Below, piece after piece: positions 25,205 through 37,634 of a stretch of 52,786 nt of DNA (the first letter of the stretch is position 1; each line of letters begins with the position of its first letter). Both the position numbers and the translations under genes were made by a program. Source of the stretch: Girardia tigrina (taxonomy: Eukaryota); contig MQRK01215037.1 of NCBI GenBank assembly GCA_001938485.1, positions 28,754 through 81,539 of the forward strand, in the 5' to 3' direction. The notes under the pieces are model-generated. The model was not told where the DNA came from and made no database searches. It saw only the letters and a program-made list of their open reading frames with translations.

Positions 25205-25599
25205 ATTAACAACATCAATATGAGTTATATTAATATTTATTTATTAATATCACAAGCGCATTCAATATTTGACATTTTTCTTGATCGAAATATTTCTGAG
25301 TTCATACTAATTATTTTCAATAAATGAAAATCTATTAATAAAAATTATTTATTATAAAGAATCTAATTGGTTAAAATTAAATCTAAACATTTTTTTTAAA
25401 AAAGAACATATTAAATTAATATTAAAATTTTAAATTACATTAAAAAATAAATAATACATTCAAAAACTATTTTAAATCTTTTTACTTTAAAATTAAATTA
25501 AATTATCTTTAATTAGTAGGAATTAAAGAAAATACCAATCATACATCTGTGTAGGAGAGAGACATTCCGAATCAACATAAAACATGCACAATATCAACA

Positions 25600-26330
25600 C
25601 ATAATTCAAAACATTCACTCTATCGATATTTTGTATAATATTAACTTTACTACAGAATTGGAAGTAAATAATACTTTTCTATTTTCGGATGTCCCTGTTA
25701 AATGAATGAATGGTTAATATGAAACAGATTGGTACAGAAAGGTAACAGACACAGGACTTTATACAACATCAAAAAGTTACTGTGATTAGAGTTGCAAAGA
25801 TAGTATGATCAAGGGTTTAATTCTTAGAATATGGAATTTTTCCATAACCTTTGCGAAAGCATGTGAAGAAACTAGACATTCTTAGAAAACGTTTGAGTAA
25901 TAGTATGTGTCCGAATAACAAATAGAAAAAATATTAAATTAATGGTAGATAGAATCTACTCTGACAAACCTAAGAAGGAGTACGAAAAAGAGCGGGTTAA
26001 AATTACAAAAATTCCATATTCATAAGGTTTCAGAAAATTTTAAAATAACATTTACAAAAATATCAATAATGTTAAAATAGTATCCGTAACATCCAAGTTA
26101 GAAATTATGTTACCATGAAGTCTAAAACTGACAATTTAGTGAAAGCTGATCTTGTGTACAAATATAACTATTACGGATGTGAAAACTCATACATTGGAGA
26201 TACAAATCGTCATCTCAAAACACGGATTAGTGAACACTCACAGTCAAGTCGATCGAGTAAGGTTTTTGATGATTTCTTATGTTGCAAATATAGAACATCA
26301 TCTATTTCAAAAGATGATTTTTTTTAAGCA
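25600..26330 (+). mobile_element. Penelope-like element 3' fragment (RT thumb plus GIY-YIG endonuclease)
   Basis: INFTTELE, YETDWYRKVTDTGLY and LVYKYNYYGCENSYIGDTNRHLKTRISEH. Confidence 0.85.
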
Positions 26331-26435
26331 CTTTTCATATACCTTCACTGTATTTCATCTTGTCAAGAATGGGCCATTTACTTTTGCCTATATCTCAGCA
26401 TTTAGACCACATAGAAACTTCAAATTTTCACTGAA

Positions 26436-27414
26436 NNNNNNNNNNNNNNNNNNNNNNNNNNNNNNNNNNNNNNNNNNNNNNNNNNNNNNNNNNNNNNNNN
26501 NNNNNNNNNNNNNNNNNNNNNNNNNNNNNNNNNNNNNNNNNNNNNNNNNNNNNNNNNNNNNNNNNNNNNNNNNNNNNNNNNNNNNNNNNNNNNNNNNNNN
26601 NNNNNNNNNNNNNNNNNNNNNNNNNNNNNNNNNNNNNNNNNNNNNNNNNNNNNNNNNNNNNNNNNNNNNNNNNNNNNNNNNNNNNNNNNNNNNNNNNNNN
26701 NNNNNNNNNNNNNNNNNNNNNNNNNNNNNNNNNNNNNNNNNNNNNNNNNNNNNNNNNNNNNNNNNNNNNNNNNNNNNNNNNNNNNNNNNNNNNNNNNNNN
26801 NNNNNNNNNNNNNNNNNNNNNNNNNNNNNNNNNNNNNNNNNNNNNNNNNNNNNNNNNNNNNNNNNNNNNNNNNNNNNNNNNNNNNNNNNNNNNNNNNNNN
26901 NNNNNNNNNNNNNNNNNNNNNNNNNNNNNNNNNNNNNNNNNNNNNNNNNNNNNNNNNNNNNNNNNNNNNNNNNNNNNNNNNNNNNNNNNNNNNNNNNNNN
27001 NNNNNNNNNNNNNNNNNNNNNNNNNNNNNNNNNNNNNNNNNNNNNNNNNNNNNNNNNNNNNNNNNNNNNNNNNNNNNNNNNNNNNNNNNNNNNNNNNNNN
27101 NNNNNNNNNNNNNNNNNNNNNNNNNNNNNNNNNNNNNNNNNNNNNNNNNNNNNNNNNNNNNNNNNNNNNNNNNNNNNNNNNNNNNNNNNNNNNNNNNNNN
27201 NNNNNNNNNNNNNNNNNNNNNNNNNNNNNNNNNNNNNNNNNNNNNNNNNNNNNNNNNNNNNNNNNNNNNNNNNNNNNNNNNNNNNNNNNNNNNNNNNNNN
27301 NNNNNNNNNNNNNNNNNNNNNNNNNNNNNNNNNNNNNNNNNNNNNNNNNNNNNNNNNNNNNNNNNNNNNNNNNNNNNNNNNNNNNNNNNNNNNNNNNNNN
27401 NNNNNNNNNNNNNN
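26436..27414. other. Assembly gap (N run); smaller gaps at 243-275 and 16438-16484
   Basis: Seen directly. Confidence 1.
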
Positions 27415-27672
27415 AATTGAAAACTGAGGGTACACTAAAATTGTCTTTTCTGACCCAGAAAAGTTATTTTGTCCTTTTGAGTGCATTATGAAAAGTGCTT
27501 AGTATTTTTTTTAAAATTCTGTTATTTATAATTCAGAATAATTATGATTCACATTATGAGAGCTTGTACTGTGAATCATTGCTAATAAGACATTATAACC
27601 CATTTATCAATATCCAAAATGGAAAACGTAACAGAGCCTCAATATTAAATATCTTTAAATAAATTAATGTTA

Positions 27673-27677
<5 letters not shown>

Positions 27678-27720
<43 letters not shown>
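27678..27720. repeat. (TA)n microsatellite
   Basis: Seen directly. Confidence 0.95.
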
Positions 27721-27723
<3 letters not shown>

Positions 27724-29306
27724 TTTAAACAATAAAATTAAACTTTAATATTAATTTTCAAATCTTTATTACCTTATATACTTTAAAAATGACAAAAATA
27801 ATTATAGCTCAAATAAAATTGCTGAAGATAGTCAGAGATTGTGATCAAAGCCGTGGTCGGGCTAAAGCCCAATGGAAAAATGACATTTGTAAAAAAAGCC
27901 CAAAGCCAAAAGCCCATGCCGGTAAAATCCAATGCAGACAACAACAAAAGAGAAAAAAAGTACTAATTTATAGAAGTGCAATATGACAATAATAATTAAA
28001 TTTTGTCGCAAAAGCAAATTATTTCTGACAAAATTCTATAAGAATAAAATATTATGACAAAGAAAAAATTTTGCAAAGTTTGAAAAACTTAAAAAATTTT
28101 GAATTATGAAAGTATTTTAATATTATATACAAACATTGTATTTCAAAAACTATCCAACGTTGAATTTTTAAAAAATTCTTTATCAAATATTGGATAAAAT
28201 TCAGCCAAGGACTAGTTCATCATCAAGATCATGTTAATTATTTCTTTGACTTCGGGCTAAAAACTGTGAAAAATATGTCATATAACATATGTAATCGCTT
28301 TTACTTTTTTTGTTTTATAGTATCCAGTAAGTAACCAAAATTACAATTCGAGTTCTTCTGTGTTACACCCACCAACAGCCACAAAACATGCCAATCAAAA
28401 GTACTCATAGATTTTAAGTATAACTTGGCCATTATTATTACACTTTTAATAAACATTTTTAGTATGTTGCCTTTAAAACATACGCTGTTGAGAAATACCG
28501 GTTACATTGACAAGAGAAAGTTGTTCAAAGAAAGTGATCTAAAAATGATATGCTTCTGGTTAAAGGGTGATCGAGAAATGCACTCTGAACTCGGGTCGAA
28601 GTGTCACTTACTAAATGCAAACCTCCATCAAAATAATCAGAAACGGCACTTCAAAAAAACTGTGATGAAGGTCGAGAAGCTTGTCACCTTAGAAGTCATT
28701 CTTCATCATCAATATAGTGTAGACAACACACCATCTGAGTGATATTTGTTCTGGTCTATGTTGAGGAAGTACAAAATGAAGTCTACGACTTTTTCACCAG
28801 AAGAACAAAGTAATTGAATCAAATACGAGTTACATATCTGACAAGAAGATTTCTTATGTTAGTAAAATATACATTGACAATGCTCTAGAACGTTCACAAT
28901 ACAGTAATACATAGGACACAATTTCTTATGATTTTGATCCTCATAAAACTAGACATTGCCATTTTATCAAAACATAACAAACTCATTAATAATGAAAATA
29001 ATATATTTATTCATACAACATTTATAAATAATTTCTACAAAATTTATCCATAAATGTGCTAAAAGTTTCTAATGTGTTAAAATGTTCTTGTGGATAACGA
29101 TTGAAAAGTTTCATTTAAACACCTTTCACCATGAATTAGATTAAATTCCAGAGATAAAAAAGCAATAAGGATAGAATTTTATTTAATGAGATTCCGATAA
29201 TAAAATTCGATAATTTTTGACAAGAGTTAAAATAAAGACAGATATTAAAATAAAATAATAATTATCATTCATAAAATCAATGAGAAAAACGTAGGTTACT
29301 TTCAAT

Positions 29307-29356
29307 TTAATTTTTATCATGTTTCACCACATCAGAATAAGACGGGGGAGCAACTT
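29307..29356 (-). CDS. Shisa-like/STMC6 gene, copy A, last exon (PPxY motif and stop)
   Basis: After a 49-nt GT-AG intron (29357-29405) it reads (E)VAPPSYSDVVKHDKN*. PPSY is a WW-domain (NEDD4-family) ligand motif. Confidence 0.85.
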
Positions 29357-29405
29357 CTAGAATTAATTTAATAAAAAATAGGAAAAAATATGAAATATAT
29401 CTTAC

Positions 29406-29660
29406 CAGAAGGTATTAATGGATATTGTGGACCTATTCCGTCGTAAGATGTTGGATTATAAAATTGTGAAGGATGTTCTGGCTGTGGCATCGAAGGATTT
29501 GTAGTAGGGTATGGTAAATTTACAACTTCAGGTGCTCCAGGCATTGGATTAAGAGGATATTGTTCAGTAGGCATCGGTTGCATAGGATATGGAGGAAACG
29601 CATTGATCGATGGATTTGGAGGATATGGAGAGAAATTAGGAGCAACCATAGGATATTCAA
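29406..29660 (-). CDS. Shisa-like/STMC6 gene, copy A, Pro/Tyr-rich cytoplasmic exon
   Basis: After a 46-nt GT-AG intron (29661-29706); 255 nt, phase 1-1: (V)EYPMVAPNFSPYPPNPSINAFPPYPMQP...PQYPLIPS. Confidence 0.9.
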
Positions 29661-29706
29661 CTTAATTTATGAAAAAATCACTTTTCAATAGAAATATAAC
29701 CGATAC

Positions 29707-29861
29707 CTTTATTTTGTTTATTAGAATCATCACGCACTGCTAGAACTACTCCCTTCTGCTTCCTCTTGTTCATACAACAACGACAACAACACCAACAACA
29801 TACAATAACAGCGCCTAATACAATTAACATACCAATAATAAAGCCTGCTAAATGTCCTGAT
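29707..29861 (-). CDS. Shisa-like/STMC6 gene, copy A, transmembrane exon
   Basis: (R)SGHLAGFIIGMLIVLGAVIVCCWCCCRCCMNKRKQKGVVLAVRDDSNKQNK: TM helix, juxtamembrane Cys cluster and basic stop-transfer. Its phase-2 acceptor matches the donor of exon 44477-44621. Confidence 0.9.
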
Positions 29862-30129
29862 CTGAAATTTGAACTCCGATTTTATTGCTTTATATTTTTA
29901 CATAATATGAAAGAAACCAGTTTCAAAAAAACTTGTTTTGCTTTGCATTATTCACGATTTATAATATACAATTGTGTTATGTTTTCAATAAAACCAGTCA
30001 AATTACATGAAATTTATCAATTTAAGAAAAAAATAGAAACAGTAAGTTCATAGATTAACAAGAATATTACAAAAGTATAAGTAATTTATTGTAATTAAAT
30101 AATATTCAGATGTATAATATACCCTAGCA

Positions 30130-31370
30130 CAGTGATTCTCAAATGTTTTTGTCAGTGACCCAAATTTTTCTAATCTGTAGTACTGGCGACCCAAGGATAT
30201 ATAGAACATTAGGAGATTCCCTTTATTATTTTAAATTGAGTAAAGCAATAATTCTGATTATAATTTTTATTGAAATAGCAAATGTTAGTGTGAAAAATGG
30301 TGACGAATATGGTCACATATTGATTCAAATTTAGGTCTCTTGTCTGTCAATGCACATCGGAGATCGTCTTCTGAATCAAGGCGATTTCCTGCTAGTTTTT
30401 AATCAACGTCAGTGCTAAAAAGCCAGCTTCACATAGATAAGTTGTGGGAAAAGGAACCAGCATCTTAATAGCTTCTATGGTGAACAGAGGAAAGTCTTGA
30501 CATTTGAGACACCCAGAATTGTGACAGTGATAGCGTTTTGAAGCTCTCTTTCAAGGTTTGATCACTCTGCATATCCAGGAACTGTTCTTGAAGATTATCC
30601 GGGTGTTCAGGAATCATTCCTGAATGAGACAAAATATTATATAATTTCTATAATTTTTATACGGACTTATTGTTACAATGTCGCTCATTTACTTACCAAC
30701 ATCTACCTCAAAAGGATTTCGAATCCAACTGTGAACGGCTGTATCCGGTAAATAATGATTCATGTGATGTCGAAGACAGCGAAGATGGCTTAAGAATGTT
30801 TCAGAGACGTCCTGAACAGCGACTGAATCATAATCTTCTAGGAAAGCTTTGAGCTGACATTTTATTCGCCCATAGTTCCAGTTTCAATTGGAAGGATTTA
30901 ACTTTCTCCGAAAGATCCACAATTTTTACATTTTGTCCTTGCAGAGAGCAATTCAATTCATTGACGTGTCCAAATATATCAGAGAGGTAGCACAGACGCG
31001 CAAGCCTTGTCTGCACACTAAAGCGACCAGTCAGAGAAGATTTCCCATCTAAGAATTGTTCAATTTCTATCCGCAATTCATAGAGGCTTAAGAACTGTGC
31101 CCCTTGATAGCGATCGGAGTCGACGAGTAGAAAAGTAGATGTTCATATTGAGAACCGAACTCTTCACAAAGGTATTTAAAAAATTGTGAATTCAATGCTC
31201 TTGTCTTTATGAAATTCACGATTGCAACAACATTATCCATTACCAAAGACAATATTTCTTGCAGTTCTTTTAATGTCAATACTTGACGATGAATCATACA
31301 AGGCACTATGAGCACATTTTAATTTTTCTCTTATTCAAGAGCATTGAATTCACGTGTGTTACCAAGTATT
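30130..31370 (-). mobile_element. hAT Charlie/Buster (ZBED5/SCAND3-like) transposon, 3' part
   Basis: TIR CAGTGATTCTCAAA at 30130 preceded by CCCTAGCA (nnnTAnnn target). Peptides CMIHRQVL, IVNFIKTRALNS, LCYLSDIF and FPTTYLCEAGF. Confidence 0.9.
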
Positions 31371-31733
31371 CCGACCACGTTCTTGATTCTCCTAGAGATG
31401 ACAGGACGTCTCTCCAATGTGTGTGGCATTACACCCATTACATGTAAATTTATATACGACGTAGGTGGAAGTAATATAGCAGAAAACAGAAGGGTTGTAA
31501 TTCGAACGAAAATATAAACATAAATGATTTTAAGATTCTGTGTACTCGTTTAAAAACTATTGGGAAAGGGTGACCTGTGAAGCACTTTATATCAGACCTT
31601 TAGATCCTAAGATTAATGTGCAAACGGGTCTCTCGAAAACCCTATTGAGTGTGTCTAGATGACATAACAATCCATCGATGATACAATCACTGCTTGCCTA
31701 TATACGCAGATTTAAAATTCATTTTTTTCTTGA

Positions 31734-31772
31734 GACCTGACGATGAAGACTATACTATCGAAATTAATTGTC
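31734..31772 (+). ncRNA. Minimal type I hammerhead ribozyme motif in a solo Penelope pseudo-LTR fragment
   Basis: GAC-CTGACGA-TGA..TC-GAAA-TTAA-TT-GTC: 3-bp stem I, conserved core and palindromic stem III (AATTAATT). The downstream tail resembles 50286-50335. Confidence 0.7.
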
Positions 31773-32529
31773 GTAAAATATATATTTAATAAATGGGTGT
31801 TTTTGTTTTTAAACATAAATTGTCATTATTTTTTAATTTTTTGAATAATTAGTTTTATAAAATAATTATTAATTTTATTTTTCAAAGTTTATATTTTTAT
31901 ATGGAGAATATTTTTTTATAATTTTAAATAACCAGAAGAAACACTCTGGTTACGTTAAAAATCTGAAAACGTTGAAGGAGAAATGATACGTACTCGTTAA
32001 ATTCATTGCAACATAATAAATTAAAATAACATGACAAGTTCAATCATTGTAATAATTGTTTTATTAACTAAACAATGAGAATAATGAGGTAACCACTTCT
32101 AAGAGATAAGAGTATATATAATATAAATTTGAACAAAAAACCTTAAAGTAAGAGGTGATCTGATGAAGAACGTTGTACCTAACATAATAACAAACGATAA
32201 TCCAATGAATTACTTTTAATTTAGATTTGAATGATTACATGGATTTACTTTTGATATATTATAAAAAAAACTGTTGTTAATAGTTCAAAATTCGAACAAT
32301 GATGGAGATGCAACATCCTTCTTTAGGACAGTCTAATTCTATTGAGTAATTCTGAGAAAAAATGCTTGTTTGCTAATAATATTAAGTTTTTCCTCTTCTT
32401 CATGAGAAGATTTTCTTTGGGTTTGGATCGACGTAGTTCAATCAACTTTTTTTCAATATGTGCTTTCGTTTTTTGTTGTTTTTACTGTGAACGCATTTTT
32501 ATTATAAGGTTGTTTTTGATATTTATTTA

Positions 32530-35500
32530 TGTAAGTTTAAACAAATTGAGATGAAACAAAAAAAAAAAATCACGCTTTTAACAAAAATTTATTGTTACAA
32601 CAAAACCCTGAATATTCAAACAAATATTTCATTAATAATTATATCCCCACCTGAACCCTAGTTCACATAATAGTTTAACCAATCAGGTCTCTTCCGAGTT
32701 CTACTGGATAGTCGTATGCAAATGTCCTGATTAACTTGATCGTCACATTCTTCCTCGTAACTACTACTACTGCTGCTATATCCATCTTGTATTTTGTTTT
32801 TTCCGTCAACCGCCATATCCGGCAGTCCGATGTTCTCTACTTGTCTCTTTCGTATGTCCTGAACGTGTCTCGGTACTTCATCAACACACTTATCACTAAC
32901 TACCTTTGTAACGACCCCCGGTGCCACTGTCTCGGTTCATCGTGTATGTTGATGAGGTTTAATAAACACCTTATCACCGATTTTCCATTCATTTTTGGTA
33001 ATCTGATGTTATACCTGTATATAGACTCTGCTAGAACTTCACCTTGTCTTCACCTTTTCCACGAGGTACTACATTGTAGTAAAATACTGCTTTCCATATA
33101 GGAATATCAGACCTCTTCGAAATTCGTTTAATTGTGCGATGGCATCTCTCCACAATACCATTTGTTGATGGCCTAAATGCACATCTATAAATAATATTTA
33201 CTTCCCATGAGTTACACAACATTTTGAATTCTGATGACCTAACCGCAGTTCCATTATCCACCCAGATTTCTCATGGACGTCCTCTTTCTGAAAATACAAT
33301 TTGACATTATGCAATCACATCTTGAGCCGATTCAGAATTCACGCGTTTCCATACAGAAAATCTACTTGGTCCACAGTCTATCATTGACAAGTACGTAATA
33401 CCATTGTAATGTGTATGGTCTAACGCTAAACGTTCCCAATTACTTTGAATTCTTAACGAATCATGAGTTACTCTCTTCGGTGACGGATCGATACTGTTGC
33501 ATTTATTACACTCTTTTATCACCCTTTTAACTTCATCAACGTCTGCTGCTATCCCATATCTCTAGAGTAAATAAATGGTCTTTTCTACGCCCATATGGTA
33601 CAAATTATGATGCTCTCTGATGTCAGATATTGCAGATTTACACTCATTTACAGTCATTGCTACATTTGGCTTTTCCATATCCAGCCAACTTCGTTTGACT
33701 CGAGTCATCCGATCTGCAATATTCTGCTCGGAATTTATCCACACACATTTACATCGAAGATCAAATTCTCCAAGTATATCTTCAATCATTTTTAAACGAC
33801 GCTTATAATATTATATACATATATATTTCATTTATTCCACTTACTTTTATTCTTTATTCCGATCAACAACGGAGTTTAACCAACCACACACTACTTGAGA
33901 ATCTGTCATTATGTCAAACTCTTTCACGTCCCATTTCAAGATCATATTTAAACCTTTGATCACCGACTCTATTTCAGCTACATTTGTATGACTCGAATCA
34001 TTTTATTTTCTAATCCAACTACTGTCTTCTAACGTATTCCCATTACACTCAACAACACATCCAGTTGCTATCTTACTTGCATCGCACCACACTTTCCATT
34101 TAGTTGACGTTGGTGTATTCCATACGCCCTTCACAGGATCATCTTTATTTACTCTTTCTAATAAATCATTCATCAAAACTTCTGTTATACGTGACAACGG
34201 TTGATTCCAATCGATTCAGTTACACATTCGTTTTAAATAGCTACACGATACCCTCAACCATCCGCATACAGGATAGTGTCCAGTTAATTTACCAATGATA
34301 GAATAAATTCGTTCCTTTGTCATTACTTGATCCTCCACTATATTAATATTATTCGTTCTTTTCCATATCAATACGTTTTGCTTCAAATACATCTGAAGCC
34401 CAAGAACTGTTGTTGTACTATTTTTTTCTGGTTCTTTACATATCAGTCCATAATTTTCTAAATGATTTCTCACTTCCGAAACCGAAATTATATTTTCATC
34501 TAAAATCAAGTCGTCCACATAATGAGATACCCCTTTTTTAAATACATTCTGAGTTTCTAAAATAAAGTCTAGTATTCTATTCATGATTTTCGGAGCTGAA
34601 GCCAATCCAAAAACCCAATCGAGTTAATTGATATGGACAATCATTAATAAACACTCGCTGATATTCCCACAGATCTCTTTCAACTTGTATCTGTAAGTAC
34701 GCATTTTTTTCTCCACTTGCGGAGTGATTCACTAACTGCTATTGTATTTATTAGGTTCGTGATTAAAATTGGAAGTCATAATTTTGTAAACTTTATTTCT
34801 ACTACAATTTTCATTATTGAAACAAATTTATGAGGAACAATATTTTAATTACATAATCCAGATCTCAAAATTCTAAATAATATCGATAAATATATAAATG
34901 TTATTTTATTCAATTTTGTTTAAATTTAGATGTTTAAAAATATTTTAAAAATTCAATTCCTAAATATCTTTCTTTGATTTTAAATCATTCGATTATAAAT
35001 TATTTCTTTTTAATAAAAACCTTTTATTTGTTTATTTATAAAAATTGCAAAAATAATTTACAAATTTAAAATACAATTCACAAATTTAAAGTATAAAAAT
35101 ATTATTTTTATTTTTGAAATACAATGCACAAATTTAAAATACAAAAATATTTAGAAATATTTAAATTTATTATTATTTAATAGAGATTCATTAATTATAA
35201 AATTTTTCATATACATATATCTATATTTTATCAATTATTTATCGAATTTAATTTGCAGAATTTCCAACTGCCTTTTAACTTTAAATTATCTTTTTTTATT
35301 ACAGCTGACAACAAAAATTTCAAAAAAATTCTTCCGAATAACTCTTAAAATAAATGCAAAACAAATAAAATTCAATTATTTATGAAATTAACTTTTTAAA
35401 ATTAATTAAGATATTTTTTTACTAATAACTGTTTAAAAACTTTTGATTTTAAATATTTAAAATTATTTATAACAATTAATTATTTCCAAAAATTTAAAGT

Positions 35501-37255
35501 TTCTTTCTTTTTTTTAAGAATGTAAAAAGATTTTTATTTTAAAGAATTCTTTCATTTTAATTAATCGAACATTATTTTAATTTATTTAAAATATAAATAT
35601 GATTTTTAAAAATATCAAAAATTTAAAGTTCACCAAAAGGAACCCCAACAGTATCCATCGAGTGAGACTGAATAAACTTATTAACCTCCCTGAAATCCAA
35701 AACTGCTCTTACCTTCCCTTTTGCTTCTTGCTTCACACACATGAGAGGAATAATTCCATTCTTGTTTCTCTCAACTGGGACCAGCCATCCGTTATTAATC
35801 CATCTTTCCAGTTCCCTAAAGTACTCCTCCCTGTCTTCTTCACTCACCTTATATTGAGCCACAGTGTTCCATAGAATTGGTTTTATGTCCTTCCATTTCC
35901 ATCTTACCACTCATCGACTACCAGTATATCTATTTACCATGCTGTGAAGTCAACATCATCGATCACTGTGCACTCTACCATATTTTTTATACTCGCATAA
36001 TCTATGACATGAAGATTTATCTTCTCATCTTGTCTGTTCGAATTCCATGACACATTATCATATACATCAATTTGAATACCTTCTAATTTCTTTATCAAAT
36101 CCATTCCGAAAATCGCATCAACACCAGATACTAGTTTATTCATTACTAACATATCACTATCCACTCTTCTTCTTCTTACGATTATTTCAACACTAACTTA
36201 CATTTTATACTCTACTTTTATTTCACCCACTACAGTGACCCATCCTCCTTTTTCGTTTATCTCTCCACAGCATACTTTCTCTCGATTATACTCACCGTGC
36301 TGCCGGTATCTTTCAATGCCTGGACCTCTATACCATTTATCCAAACACTCACAATTGGTAGCGTCTGAATTATAATAGGAGAGCCAGCGACGCCTACTGC
36401 TCTCCATTGTAGTTTAAATTATTCCAATTCCTTGTAAAATGGCCCGGTTGACGCAAGTATAGCATTTAGCAAAAGAGGTTTTATATAGGCGCCTCTCATC
36501 CGCCTTCTCGACACTGTCATTGGACTTTTGTGACATTACTTGGGGAGCGTTCTGCCACGAACGTTTCCCATCACGTCCTGGTGGCTGTCCGACATCATCT
36601 CGAATCAATTTACTGTCCTTGCTATTCCTGACGGCCAAAACATTTTTTTTTCGATTTTCCCTTAAAAATACATCGGCCTTACTGGCAATACAATCTAAAC
36701 TTATCTTTGAATATTCGATCAAAGTTTGTATTTTTTCCTTCACATTCGATGGAAAAGAGCTGATAAAAAATAATCTTAATGTATTTTCGTCGGTAATGCG
36801 ACACTTTGAACATAAGAGCTTTATATCACTCAATAAACTCTGGGCACTTTCATCGCCGTTCCATTTTTTTGCATCAATTCTTCAAAAACTTCCACATCAT
36901 TTTTTTGAAACATTTCTTTTAATGCCGATTCGATTTTAACGATATCGCATTTCCGCGATTTATCTAAATTAACGCAGACATCATATGCCTTATCTTCCAG
37001 CAACATTGGCATGGCTTTAGCCAAATCTTCATTAGCTACTTCAGCTATCACTTTAGCGCGATCGAGCCACTTCCCAATATCCTCTTCTCCATTGTACTGC
37101 TTAACAGTTTTAATCAATGTCTTCATCTTGGCTGAGTAGCTTGTAAGTTTGAACAAACTGAGATGAAACAAAGAAAACAAATCACACTTTTAACAAAAAT
37201 TTATTGTTACATAAAAACCCTGAATATTCAAATAAATATTTCATTAATAATTATA
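32530..37255 (-). mobile_element. Full-length decayed Gypsy-type LTR retrotransposon with 114-bp LTRs
   Basis: LTRs 32530-32643 and 37142-37255 (about 8 mismatches), 5-bp TSD ATTTA on both sides, PPT GGTTCAGGTGGGGA. Order gag, protease, RT (AYLQIQV, SAPKIM, HYVDD), RNase H (WCDAS, NIADRMTR), integrase (LALDHT, DNGT, NGIVERCH). Confidence 0.95.
34733..35628. other. ~0.9-kb extremely AT-rich insertion splitting the RT domain
   Basis: RT coding stops after HSMDT(VGVPFGE) and resumes at ESLRKWR. TTCAC flanks both sides (34728-34732, 35629-35633). No recognisable coding capacity or TIRs. Confidence 0.7.
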
Positions 37256-37634
37256 ATTTAGTTATTGATTTTAGAAATTTTTAAATGATCATATTGTTTT
37301 TGTTTATTATTAATTGTATATCTATTTAGGAAATTCCTTTTTGGTAAAAGTGAAAACTCGTACTCGATTAATTTGCTCTTTTAAGCGTCAGCGAAATAAT
37401 TAATTCTCCACTAGATATTCGTGAAAGACAAAAAATAATAGGGTGTTTCTAGTGAGTTAATATAAATAAGATTTATGGTAATTATTATAAATCTTTACTT
37501 AAGTATGGTAGTATTTCTACAACTGTAATAATTTTAAAAATTATTTGAGAGTTTCTCGTGATTCATTTTATTAAATTTCCTAATCCATCCATTAAAATCG
37601 AAAAAATCTTTACTTTTTTGAATATATTTAATTA

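Noticed and set aside
26152-27486. Long ORFs of 422 and 352 aa
   Set aside because: Artefacts of translation through the N gap.
34733-35628. Mitochondrial insertion (NUMT) or spliceosomal intron in RT
   Set aside because: No recognisable mitochondrial gene motif and no GT-AG ends on either strand.
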